64,000 nt of DNA from Minisyncoccota bacterium (lineage in GTDB: Bacteria; Patescibacteriota; Minisyncoccia; Phycocordibacterales; UBA6065): the NCBI GenBank assembly GCA_035546035.1, contig DASZXC010000003.1, positions 64,479-128,478 of the forward strand. The letters run 5' to 3'. The notes under the pieces are model-generated. The model was not told the DNA's origin. It was given only the letters and a program-made list of their open reading frames with translations, and made no database searches. Positions 27,429-36,291 of this stretch are shown piece after piece. A program made the position numbers and the translations under genes. How positions within the stretch are numbered: position 1 is the stretch's first letter; every line of letters begins with the position of its first letter.

Positions 27429-28523
27429 ATGAAAATTTATAAGGATTTATATTGGTCGATAATTTCTCCCCAATCTCTATTCAGAGCTTGGGAAGTATTT
27501 AAGTCCGACAAAAGGAATAAACCTGACGTTTCCGAGTTTGAACTCCACATCGAGCAGAATATTTTTGATCTGTACCGCGATCTGAAGAATGAGACGTATC
27601 GACACGGGCCATATAAAGGATTCTGGATACACGATCCGAAGATCAGGCGCATACATAAGGCGGTTGTCCGAGATCGGGTGCTCCATCACGCGACCTTTTC
27701 GGTGCTGAACAAAATATTTGAGCCGACTTTTATCAATGACTCGTATTCGTGCCGTATCGGCAAAGGCACTCACAAAGGCGTGGAGAAAGTTGCTGATATG
27801 CTTCGTACAGCGAGCAAGAATAATACCCGCCAATGCTATGCACTCAAATGCGATGTGAGGAAATTCTTTGACTCTGTTGACCACCAAGTGTTGAAAGACA
27901 TCCTTGGTAGGAAAATCAAGGATCAAAAGACTATTTCTCTTCTGAAAGAGGTTATTGAGAGCTACGAGAAAAGCGGCACTTGCGAGAGAGAGAGAGAGAG
28001 AGAGAGTAAAACGCTGCCGCTTTTTACTACAAATACCAACAAAGGGGTGCCCATCGGCAACCTGACTTCGCAGATTTTCGCCAATATTTACATGAATGAG
28101 TTTGACCAGTTCGTTAAGCATGGGCTTCGGGTGAAAAATTACGCGCGTTACACCGACGATTTTATGATTATATCAGAGGACAAAGAATATCTCGAAAATT
28201 TACTGCCAAAATTGCAAGACTTTTTGAGAGAAAAACTGAAACTCGAACTGCATCCGAACAAGATATCTGTTCGTAAATTTCACGAAGGCATAGACTTCCT
28301 CGGGTATGTCATATTCCCGCATTATAAGCTCCTTAGAGCGAAAACCAAAAAGAGGGTTCTGAGAAATGTACGCAAGAAGATGGCTTGCTACCAAAAAGGA
28401 TTAATTCCTGAAAATCACTTACATCAAAGCATGCAGTCATATCTTGGCGTTTTGTCTCACGCGAATACCTACGAGCTGACGGAGAATTTGAAGAATCAGT
28501 ATTGGTTTTGGATGAAAGAGTAA
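27429..28523 (+). CDS. DGR reverse transcriptase
   Basis: RDRVLHHA, KCDVRKFFDSVDH, GVPIGNLTSQIFAN, YARYTDD, GIDFLGY; 364 aa, no maturase or endonuclease domain. Confidence 0.96.
   Translation: MKIYKDLYWSIISPQSLFRAWEVFKSDKRNKPDVSEFELHIEQNIFDLYRDLKNETYRHGPYKGFWIHDPKIRRIHKAVVRDRVLHHATFSVLNKIFEPTFINDSYSCRIGKGTHKGVEKVADMLRTASKNNTRQCYALKCDVRKFFDSVDHQVLKDILGRKIKDQKTISLLKEVIESYEKSGTCERERERESKTLPLFTTNTNKGVPIGNLTSQIFANIYMNEFDQFVKHGLRVKNYARYTDDFMIISEDKEYLENLLPKLQDFLREKLKLELHPNKISVRKFHEGIDFLGYVIFPHYKLLRAKTKKRVLRNVRKKMACYQKGLIPENHLHQSMQSYLGVLSHANTYELTENLKNQYWFWMKE
27984..28006 (+). repeat. (GA)11G simple sequence repeat within RT
   Basis: Encodes ERERERES, currently in frame. Confidence 0.95.
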
Positions 28524-28530
28524 ACTACTT

Positions 28531-29319
28531 TTAGGCAAAGTGAGCTGTGAGCTTTGTCACATAATCTGCGTATTCTGAAAATATCTGAAGGTTCGCGTAC
28601 ACAACCTTTGCATCAAGTTTCTTTCCAGTAGGATGACCAGCGTCGTTTCGGTTGAGACGGATGAAATTGAAAATACCATCAAGATAAGTTTCCCAATTAT
28701 CCTGAAGTTCTTTGGGTAGAGATCGAACATCGTTTACAAACTCCTTTTTGAATTCCTTGTACTGGGTTGAAATGAATTTTTCCTTGGTGTTCTTTTCCAA
28801 TCTAGCTTTTCTCGTGGCGTCTGTGATCGAATCTATATATGCCTCAATAAGGGAGAGCATGAGATTCTCAGATGCCACACCAAGAGTGATAGTTGCAGAG
28901 AGAAGGTGGCGACGATGATATGCGGCGATCGCCTCGCCAATGTAGGCTAACGTGACATCATCAAGGGTAGGAACCTTTGTCTTTAATGCTTTAACGTATC
29001 CTTCAGGATCATACGGTAGCCAATTTTCCTCTTTGAATGCATGTTTGCCTAATTCAGTGACAGTAAGCCAAGGATATCCGCTATTAAAGTCGCCAGCTGT
29101 GCCAGGATAGATGTATCCGACATTTATCAACTCCTGAACTATCTCTCGGGCGACTGAGTGAATCTTGGCAACTTCCCAATGAGGACCATTGCCGTGAGGG
29201 AACAAAGCATACACTTGTCCCATCTGATGCTGTTGCATCTGATTAGGATTTGTTTCAGCCCAAACAACCTGACTCTTGAAATGCTCAAATATTTTATTTT
29301 TGATTTCTTCTCGAGTCAT
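28531..29319 (-). CDS. Hypothetical protein with HEPN-like RxxxxH motif
   Basis: RLNRNDAGHP near the C-terminus in a helical domain. Confidence 0.6.
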   Translation of the reverse strand: MTREEIKNKIFEHFKSQVVWAETNPNQMQQHQMGQVYALFPHGNGPHWEVAKIHSVAREIVQELINVGYIYPGTAGDFNSGYPWLTVTELGKHAFKEENWLPYDPEGYVKALKTKVPTLDDVTLAYIGEAIAAYHRRHLLSATITLGVASENLMLSLIEAYIDSITDATRKARLEKNTKEKFISTQYKEFKKEFVNDVRSLPKELQDNWETYLDGIFNFIRLNRNDAGHPTGKKLDAKVVYANLQIFSEYADYVTKLTAHFA

Positions 29320-29408
29320 TTATTGTGAAAGTATAGCAACCTACTAGCTTTGTGGGTCACAGCTCAAACCAGAGCATGTGGGTCATCAAAACTAACAGGT
29401 TGTCAATG

Positions 29409-29495
29409 CGGAGAGGGGGAGATTCGAACTCCCGATGAGGTTTCCCCCATACCGCATTTCGAGTGCGGCGCATTCGACCACTCTGCCACCTCTCC
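29409..29495 (-). tRNA. tRNA-Ser(CGA)
   Basis: Long variable arm; CCGCA-CT-CGA-AA-TGCGG. Confidence 0.95.
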
Positions 29496-29570
29496 GTGGT
29501 CTCCGAAGCCTCGATATCCTAGCATTTTTTGCCAAAATAGCAAAAAAAAGCTATATTTGAAGCCTACCGC

Positions 29571-29642
29571 GGCCCTATCGTCTAATGGTTAGGACAGGAG
29601 CTTTTCAAGCTCTAAATCGGGGTTCGATTCCCCGTAGGGTCA
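29571..29642 (+). tRNA. tRNA-Glu(TTC)
   Basis: GGAGC-TT-TTC-AA-GCTCT; GGTTCGATTCCC. Confidence 0.95.
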
Positions 29643-29669
29643 CAACGTTCCGCAGGTTATAATAGATGC

Positions 29670-30644
29670 ATGAGAAAATTTAGCTTTTTCATGCTCTTTA
29701 CGACGAGTCTGTTTTTTGGCGTTTCCGTCATTCCTGTCCAGGCGACTACATGCCTCGACCTCCCGTACGACCTTGCCCAGGGCGACAGAGATGCCGCGAC
29801 GGGCGGCCGCGTGACGCTTTTGCAGAATTATCTGTATTCCGTCGGATATCTTTCAGCGACGCCGAACGGTAACTTCGGCCCGGCGACGTATGCCGCGGTC
29901 AAGCAATTCCAGTCTGTCTCAGGCATATCGATGACGGGCAACGTCGGACCCCTGACCCGCGTGGCGCTCAAGATTAAGACTTGTGCCTCTGCGCCGACGG
30001 CCCCTGCGACGCCGAGCGTTCCGACCTCGCCATCCGCTCCGTCTCAAACTCAACCTAATATCAGCGTAACCCTGCCGGCGTCAGGCGAGACTTTGAAGCT
30101 CGGCGCGCAATATACGATCAGGTTCGCGGCGCAGACGTCAGGTCCCTATAACTTGATCCTCGAAGACGCGACGGGTACGCGCTTCGGCTATATCGTTCCG
30201 GGAACGTATAGCAAGGAATATGTCTGGACCGTCGGAAGCGTCATAGACGCGTCGCAGCCTTCAGGTCGGACGATCGTCCCGCCGGGCACGTACCGCGTTC
30301 ATGCCGAAGGCCCGTCCGGTTCAGAGGCTTCCGACAGATTGAGCGGCGTCTTCACTATTTCCACCGACCTTATCGTCACTGATTTCATGCCGAGAACGGC
30401 GACGATCGGCTCCGGCGCGTCCATCGCCGTATTCGGAGCAGGGTTCACATCCGCTTCCGCGGTGTCGCTCTACGGATACGGCACCATACCAGCGCTCTAT
30501 GTCTCTCCTGACGGCAAGATACTCATATTCGAAGCGCCTTCGGCGACGTATCCGGGTTCGCGGCTCATCTCTGTCGTGAATAGCTACGGCTCGTCGAATA
30601 CATCGGTCGAAAGCAACCAGCTCTCGATGACGCTTATGCGCTAG
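29670..30644 (+). CDS. Secreted peptidoglycan-binding domain protein with Ig-like C-terminus
   Basis: Signal peptide; LQNYL...GNFGPATYAAVKQFQ...GNVGPLTR. Confidence 0.82.
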   Translation: MRKFSFFMLFTTSLFFGVSVIPVQATTCLDLPYDLAQGDRDAATGGRVTLLQNYLYSVGYLSATPNGNFGPATYAAVKQFQSVSGISMTGNVGPLTRVALKIKTCASAPTAPATPSVPTSPSAPSQTQPNISVTLPASGETLKLGAQYTIRFAAQTSGPYNLILEDATGTRFGYIVPGTYSKEYVWTVGSVIDASQPSGRTIVPPGTYRVHAEGPSGSEASDRLSGVFTISTDLIVTDFMPRTATIGSGASIAVFGAGFTSASAVSLYGYGTIPALYVSPDGKILIFEAPSATYPGSRLISVVNSYGSSNTSVESNQLSMTLMR

Positions 30645-30664
30645 CGGAAGCGTATAATAAGTGC

Positions 30665-31525
30665 GTGAGGACTTTTCTTTCAAAAGCGCTCAAAGGAGCG
30701 GTCATAGCCGGTTCATTCGCCATAGCTTTGCCTGTATGGGCATACGCGGCGAATATCGTCGTCCTTCCTGAAGCTCCCATCCAGGGCGACCCGATCATGG
30801 TATATGTCGAAGGCACGACCACGCTTAAATCCATGGCATTCACCGGTTCGGCGCTTAAACCTTTTATATATAAGAACAGGCCGACGGCGATATATGGATT
30901 CGATATAAATAAGAAGGCGGGGGTGTACAAAGTCTCGGCGACCCTGTCCGATGGCACGGTTTTGGAGAAAAATATCCTCGTAGACGAAAGGAAAAAGCCT
31001 GTCTTGACCTTCACCATCCCCGCGAAGCTCGGCGGTACGACGACGGCGAGCCAAAAGACGCTCGTAAGCGCGCTGGCGATCGAGAACGCGAGCCTTGTCG
31101 GTCTCAAAACCGGCACCAAGGCATACTGGACCGACTCTTTTCAACATCCCGTGCCGAATCCGATCGTGACCGACGGATACGGATATGATCGCGATACGGG
31201 CGAAGCGACCGTAACGCACAAAGGCACCGACTTCCGCGCGGCCGAAGGCACGCCCGTCGAAGCGATCAACCGAGGCGTGGTCCGCCGCGTTCAGGAGACT
31301 CGCGATTACGGCAAGACCGTCATCGTCGATCATGGGCTCGGCCTCATGAGCTTCTATATGCATCTCTCGAAGATATGGGTGAACGAAGGCGAATTGGTCC
31401 AACGCGGCCAGTATGTCGGCCTCTCCGGCCAGACGGGATACGCTCTCGCTCCGCACCTGCATCTGACCATCCGCCAGGACGATATATCCATCGATCCGGC
31501 GGTATTCCTGAAGCTATTCGAATAA
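30665..31525 (+). CDS. M23 family metallopeptidase
   Basis: HKGTDF, YMHLS, PHLH. Confidence 0.92.
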   Translation: MRTFLSKALKGAVIAGSFAIALPVWAYAANIVVLPEAPIQGDPIMVYVEGTTTLKSMAFTGSALKPFIYKNRPTAIYGFDINKKAGVYKVSATLSDGTVLEKNILVDERKKPVLTFTIPAKLGGTTTASQKTLVSALAIENASLVGLKTGTKAYWTDSFQHPVPNPIVTDGYGYDRDTGEATVTHKGTDFRAAEGTPVEAINRGVVRRVQETRDYGKTVIVDHGLGLMSFYMHLSKIWVNEGELVQRGQYVGLSGQTGYALAPHLHLTIRQDDISIDPAVFLKLFE

Positions 31526-31529
31526 CCCA

Positions 31530-31563
31530 TGGAAAAGCCCGCGACGTGTCGCGGGCTTTTCCA
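31530..31563. terminator. Bidirectional terminator
   Basis: TGGAAAAGCCCGCGAC-GT-GTCGCGGGCTTTTCCA. Confidence 0.7.
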
Positions 31564-31574
31564 GCTGTTCCAGG

Positions 31575-31976
31575 CTAGTTCGTATTGCCTTTGTTGACGA
31601 TCCACCACGTGTCGTTCGCGCTGTCCGCGACGAAGGTGAGGAAAGGATTCATACCGGCATTCTGGTTATATATCTCTTGGAACGATTTCGTTCCCATGTC
31701 TATCGTATCGCCGGAAGCGGCGTGGATGACCACGGTGTTGCCGTTGGCGGCTCCATACATCTTGTACGTATACGTCTGACCGTTGCGGAGCGTGGTAGAC
31801 GGTAGGTAATAATCCATGGTCTCATCCTGCTCGGCAGGATCGATGATGACGAGATGCTCTGCGGCGAGCGACAGGCTCAGATCCGACAGGATCGGGAACT
31901 GCGCGCGGGCGACATTCGCTCCGAGGACGAGCAACGCAAAAACCGACAGGCCCCAGATGAGGGCTTTCTTTTTCAT
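31575..31976 (-). CDS. Secreted hypothetical protein
   Basis: MKKKALIW signal peptide; true start is internal to the ORF-track call. Confidence 0.65.
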   Translation of the reverse strand: MKKKALIWGLSVFALLVLGANVARAQFPILSDLSLSLAAEHLVIIDPAEQDETMDYYLPSTTLRNGQTYTYKMYGAANGNTVVIHAASGDTIDMGTKSFQEIYNQNAGMNPFLTFVADSANDTWWIVNKGNTN

Positions 31977-32155
31977 ATCTATGCTTTTTAAAGTGCTTTT
32001 AATAACGAGAGAAGCACCAAGTGAGGCTTTAATCATACGCCAACCGCTATCTCGCGTCGTCGAACGTCTGTTAATAAAATCGGGGAAAAGCTCAGGATAG
32101 CTTTGGGATAAGTCGGGGAAAAAGCGTGTATAAACAGGGGACTGGCTGTGGAAAC

Positions 32156-32572
32156 CTATGCCAACTGGCGCTTTTTGCTCATATCCGCGAATACCATGGC
32201 CGCGACGGCGATGATGAGGACGTTTTTGATGATGTATTGGCCTTCTATCGTCGGAACGAACATGCTTTGCCACGTCATGCCTTTCAGAAGGAAGAGGGGA
32301 AGCGTCGTCACGATGACGTGGGGAACGAGCAGTATGAACGCGTATCTTTCCTTGCGCGGGATGAGGAACAGAAGGCCGATGAGCACTTCGTATGCGCCTA
32401 ATATCAGATTGAACGTATGGAACGTGATGAACGGCATCGTCTGATGAAGGAGCGCGTCCACCAGAGGATTGGCAGGGGAGTAGCCGAACAATTTCACCGC
32501 GCCGAACCATACATAGACGATGAAGAGCGCGATGTGGGCGAAGACGAATGCGCGGTATTCGGTGCTTTTCAT
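32156..32572 (-). CDS. DoxX-like membrane protein
   Basis: WFGAVK...SPA, EGQYIIKN. Confidence 0.8.
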   Translation of the reverse strand: MKSTEYRAFVFAHIALFIVYVWFGAVKLFGYSPANPLVDALLHQTMPFITFHTFNLILGAYEVLIGLLFLIPRKERYAFILLVPHVIVTTLPLFLLKGMTWQSMFVPTIEGQYIIKNVLIIAVAAMVFADMSKKRQLA

Positions 32573-32590
32573 ATGTATATTGTACCGCGA

Positions 32591-33514
32591 TTACTTGGCG
32601 TGGATGTACACGTAGATATCCTCGAGCGCCTTTATGGCGTCCCCTGCGGCGATATTGTTCTGATGATAGAGGCCGTCGGTCGAGTCTCCGGCAGCCCAGA
32701 CGCCTTCGACGGAGGTCGCCTGCGTCTTTGGATCGACGGCGATGCGTCCGAACGCGTCTATGGCGACGAGGCTCTTCGCGAAATCGGTCGCGGGGATCGA
32801 GCCGATCTCGACGAATATGCCGGTGACGGCGAGCTCTTTCTGTTCATTCGAATCCTTGTCTTTGTAGGCGAGGGCCGATACGAATTTATTGCCCTTCACT
32901 TCCGAAGGGATCGCGCCCGTAAGCGCGTGCATCTTCGGGTTAGAGAGCACTTTCTTGACCGTCACGGGATCGGCCTTGAATTCGTCGCTTCGGTTGAGGA
33001 GCGTCACCGATCTGCAATAGGCGAGGAGCTGCGCGGCGCTTTCGAATGCGGCATTGCCGCCGCCGATGACCGCGACGTCTTGATCCGCGAATATCGGCCC
33101 GTCGCAGGATGCGCAATAGGTGATGCCTTTGTGCTCGAACTGGGCCGCGCCGGGGACGTCGAGCTTCCTGCGGGCGCTTCCAGTTGCTATGAGCACCGTC
33201 TTAGCTTTGTACGAAGCCGTATCGGTCGTCACCGTGAACGTTCCATCGGCGGTTTTTTCGATGTTCTTGCACGTTTCGCCCGCTTTTATGTCGACGACGT
33301 CTGCCGCGTATGCGCGCAGGTGGCCTTCAAGCGCCTTGGCGAAGTCGAGCCCCGATATCTTGACCGTGCCGATCCAATTTTCGATGCCCTCGGACACCGT
33401 GGACTGGCTGTTCCAGTCTTTCGTTATGAAAACGGTCTTCAGGCGCTTGCGCGAAGCATACACTCCGGCCGCAACGCCCGCCGGGCCGCCTCCTATAATC
33501 ACGAGATCGTACAT
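32591..33514 (-). CDS. trxB: Thioredoxin reductase
   Basis: IIGGGPAG, CASCDG, GGGNAA, AAGD. Confidence 0.92.
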   Translation of the reverse strand: MYDLVIIGGGPAGVAAGVYASRKRLKTVFITKDWNSQSTVSEGIENWIGTVKISGLDFAKALEGHLRAYAADVVDIKAGETCKNIEKTADGTFTVTTDTASYKAKTVLIATGSARRKLDVPGAAQFEHKGITYCASCDGPIFADQDVAVIGGGNAAFESAAQLLAYCRSVTLLNRSDEFKADPVTVKKVLSNPKMHALTGAIPSEVKGNKFVSALAYKDKDSNEQKELAVTGIFVEIGSIPATDFAKSLVAIDAFGRIAVDPKTQATSVEGVWAAGDSTDGLYHQNNIAAGDAIKALEDIYVYIHAK

Positions 33515-33535
33515 AGTGGAGATATTATAGCAGAC

Positions 33536-33697
33536 CTATTTCGCTTTCTTGCTCTTGAAATCTTTCAGAATCGCTTTGTAACACGATATGCAAAGGTGAT
33601 ATTTACGGACCATATCTTTTTTTGGAGGGGAGAACAGAATACCGCCGAATTCCATGAGTTCCCGACCGCATTCATCGCATTTCGGCTGTATCGCCAT
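33536..33697 (-). CDS. Small zinc-binding protein
   Basis: MAIQPKCDECG...HLCISCY, 53 aa. Confidence 0.7.
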   Translation of the reverse strand: MAIQPKCDECGRELMEFGGILFSPPKKDMVRKYHLCISCYKAILKDFKSKKAK

Positions 33698-33713
33698 AGA
33701 AAGATTATATAGC

Positions 33714-33774
33714 ACATATTCTGCATACAAAAAGTACCCCAGGGCCTGGGGTACTTTTTGTATGCAGAATATGT
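33714..33774. repeat. Long palindrome (30-bp arms, 1-nt centre), family copy 2
   Basis: ACATATTCTGCATACAAAAAGTACCCCAGG-G-reverse complement. Confidence 0.88.
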
Positions 33775-33779
33775 CCTGC

Positions 33780-34940
33780 TTACTTCTTCCTGCGCAAGAA
33801 AGCCGGAACCGCGCCCCAATCGTCGTCATCGTGGCTAATGGTAGGGATAGCCTTATCTTCTTTTTTTGGCTCCTCTTCCTTCTTTGCCGGAGCGATCACG
33901 TTATGTATCTGCTTCTTGGCCTCTTCCTTCGCTTCGGCAGGACCGGAAAAGAGGGACTTCGCCTTGATGCCCGGGTGGACAGGGAGCTCGCCGAAGCCGG
34001 TAGCGATGACGGTGACTTTGACTTCGCCTTTCTTGATCTTCTCGTCGCGGACGGTACCGAAGATGACCTTGGCGTTCGGGTCTATAGATTCGGTGATGAC
34101 CTTCGCGGCGTCCTGGATCTCGAACATGGTGAGGTCGTCGCCGCCGGCGATAGAGAAGAGTACGCCTTTCGCACCCGCGATAGAGATGTCGAGGAGAGGG
34201 GATGAGATCGCCATCTTAGCGGCGTCCTCGGCGCGCTTGTCGCCCGCTGCCACGCCGATGCCCATGAGAGCCGAACCGGTGTTCTCCATAACGGATCGGA
34301 CGTCGGCGAAGTCTATATTTATAATGCCGGGGGTGGTGATGAGGTCGGAAATACCTTCTACGGCCTGCTTCAGGACCTCGTCGCACATAGCGAAGGCGTT
34401 CTTCGCGGTCGTGTTCTTGTCTACCGTCGCCAAAAGCCTGTCGTTCGGTATGATGATGATGGCGTCGACCTCTTTCTTGAGGTTCTCGAGAGCCGCTTCG
34501 GCGACCTTCATGCGCTGGGTGCCTTCGAAGAAGAACGGCTTGGTGACCACGCCGACTGTGAGGGAGCCGAGTTCTTTTGCGGTCTTGGCGACGACGGGAG
34601 CCGCGCCTGATCCGGTTCCGCCTCCCATGCCGCAGGCGACGAATACCATGTCCGCGCCTTTCAAGGATTCCTGAAGCTCTTCCTTCGTCTCTTCCACTGC
34701 GCGGCGTCCGAGCTCCGGATTCATGCCCGTGCCGAGGCCCTTGGTGAGGTTTTTGCCGATGTGGATCTTCTTTTTCGCGAGAGAGTGATGAAGGTCCTGC
34801 GCGTCCGTGTTCACGGCGATGAACTCGACTCCGCGGACCTTGGAGTTGATCATATGGTTGATGGCGTTCTTGCCGGAACCGCCTACGCCGAGGACCTTGA
34901 TGCGGGCGAACGTCTCTACTTCAGGAACGATGTTGGGCAT
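33780..34940 (-). CDS. ftsZ: Cell division protein FtsZ
   Basis: GMGGGTGSG, NIDFAD, VPAFLRR tail. Confidence 0.98.
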   Translation of the reverse strand: MPNIVPEVETFARIKVLGVGGSGKNAINHMINSKVRGVEFIAVNTDAQDLHHSLAKKKIHIGKNLTKGLGTGMNPELGRRAVEETKEELQESLKGADMVFVACGMGGGTGSGAAPVVAKTAKELGSLTVGVVTKPFFFEGTQRMKVAEAALENLKKEVDAIIIIPNDRLLATVDKNTTAKNAFAMCDEVLKQAVEGISDLITTPGIINIDFADVRSVMENTGSALMGIGVAAGDKRAEDAAKMAISSPLLDISIAGAKGVLFSIAGGDDLTMFEIQDAAKVITESIDPNAKVIFGTVRDEKIKKGEVKVTVIATGFGELPVHPGIKAKSLFSGPAEAKEEAKKQIHNVIAPAKKEEEPKKEDKAIPTISHDDDDWGAVPAFLRRKK

Positions 34941-35079
34941 GGGAATGGTGATGATCTGGCTAAGGTGCGTACATCATATACAAAGGAAAATCAAAATACA
35001 ACAAAAATCTGTTGCGTAACATGGGGACGATATGGGGAAAGCAAAATGTCAAAAAAGCCTTGCGATACAAGGCTTTTTC

Positions 35080-36255
35080 CTAAGGAAGGAATTGGGCGAA
35101 CCAGCCTTTCAACGCCCGCGCGAACGACGCGCCGCCTTTGACGAGCCCCTGGTCCGCGCCCTCGTCGCTTCCGATCCCGAGGATGGTGAGCCCGTATGCG
35201 ACCGACCATGACGAATCCTTGATCCCGTTCCTTCCGTCTATGCCCAGTTTGGCGATGCGCGACGGGAGCTTGAGGGAAGCTTTGGCCAGGTCTTCGATCG
35301 TCGATATCCCGGAGCCCCCTCCGGTGATGATGATGCCCGCGGGAAGGAGCCCATTTCTGTCGATCTTCTTCAGATGCGCTTCAATGAGGTCGAAGATGTC
35401 CGAGAGCCGCGCGCCGACGATCTCGTCGAGCTTCTTCTTCGATATCTGAACGTTCGAAAGGGATCCGCGCTTGAGGCTTTCGGCGTCTTCGATCGGAAGC
35501 TTCAGGCCGAGCGCGATATCGTTCGTGATATCGTTCGAGCCTATAGGGAAGACCTCGAGAGAGATCGGCAGATTGTTCTCGTAGACGACGATCGAGACGG
35601 TCTCGGCGCCGATATTGGCGAGCAAGCAGCCCGCGACTTTCTGGTTCTTGGTCAGGGTGACGAGAGCGCCTGCGATAGGCGATGCGACGACGTCGAGGAC
35701 CTCGATCCCAGCATCCGTTATGGCGTCTATGAGGTCGTCGAGATGCTGGGAGAGGCAGGTCACGAAAAGCACTTTGGCCTCCAGCTTGCTGCCCTTCATG
35801 CCCATAGGGCGGCCGAATACCGGCTTGCCGTCGATCTTATAGGAAAGGGGAACGGTGTGGATGATGCGGCGGTTGACCGTCTGCGATGCGGGTATGTTCC
35901 GCTCCGCGGCAGACGAAGCCTTGTCTATGTCTACCTGCGATACCTCGGCGTCGCCCCTGGAGATGGCGACCGATCCTACGGATGCGACGCTTTGGAGGCT
36001 GATGCCGCCGATCGAAATGAACGCTTTTTTGATGCGCACGCCGGCTGCCTTTTCCGCCTGGGCGACGGCATGGAGGACCGACTTGGTGACGTCGCGCGAA
36101 TTGACGATATAGCCGTGGCGGAGGCCTTTCGATTCGGCGAATCCGGTACCGACGATGCGCGGCAGCTTGTCGCCCTCGTCCGGATCGGATTCGGAGACGA
36201 CCACCTTGACCTGATAGGTGCCTATATCTATGCCTGCGGCGATGTGTTTGCGCAT
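35080..36255 (-). CDS. ftsA: Cell division protein FtsA
   Basis: GIDIGT, TGGGS; upstream of ftsZ. Confidence 0.93.
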   Translation of the reverse strand: MRKHIAAGIDIGTYQVKVVVSESDPDEGDKLPRIVGTGFAESKGLRHGYIVNSRDVTKSVLHAVAQAEKAAGVRIKKAFISIGGISLQSVASVGSVAISRGDAEVSQVDIDKASSAAERNIPASQTVNRRIIHTVPLSYKIDGKPVFGRPMGMKGSKLEAKVLFVTCLSQHLDDLIDAITDAGIEVLDVVASPIAGALVTLTKNQKVAGCLLANIGAETVSIVVYENNLPISLEVFPIGSNDITNDIALGLKLPIEDAESLKRGSLSNVQISKKKLDEIVGARLSDIFDLIEAHLKKIDRNGLLPAGIIITGGGSGISTIEDLAKASLKLPSRIAKLGIDGRNGIKDSSWSVAYGLTILGIGSDEGADQGLVKGGASFARALKGWFAQFLP

Positions 36256-36291
36256 GAGTAGAGACGTATGCGCGACCGGCAGTTGCCGGGG

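Larger units (their letters stand above)
12895..29408. mobile_element. Integrated genomic island (terminase / serine recombinase / DGR element) at the 3' end of tRNA-Ser
   Basis: Visible drop in GC and codon style; mobile gene content; right edge abuts tRNA-Ser 3' end; left boundary approximate. Confidence 0.8.

Noticed and set aside
27429-28523. RT as group II intron, retron or Abi RT
   Set aside because: Short, has no maturase or endonuclease domain, carries the DGR-type SQ motif, and has adjacent avd plus an adenine-specific TR/VR pair.
12895-29408. Complete prophage
   Set aside because: No portal, capsid, tail or lysis genes are recognisable within the boundaries.
29350-29592. ORFs overlapping tRNAs (also 7011-7268, 52208-52426 and the 5' extensions at 58987, 60735 and 12475)
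   Set aside because: Artefacts of reading through tRNA genes.
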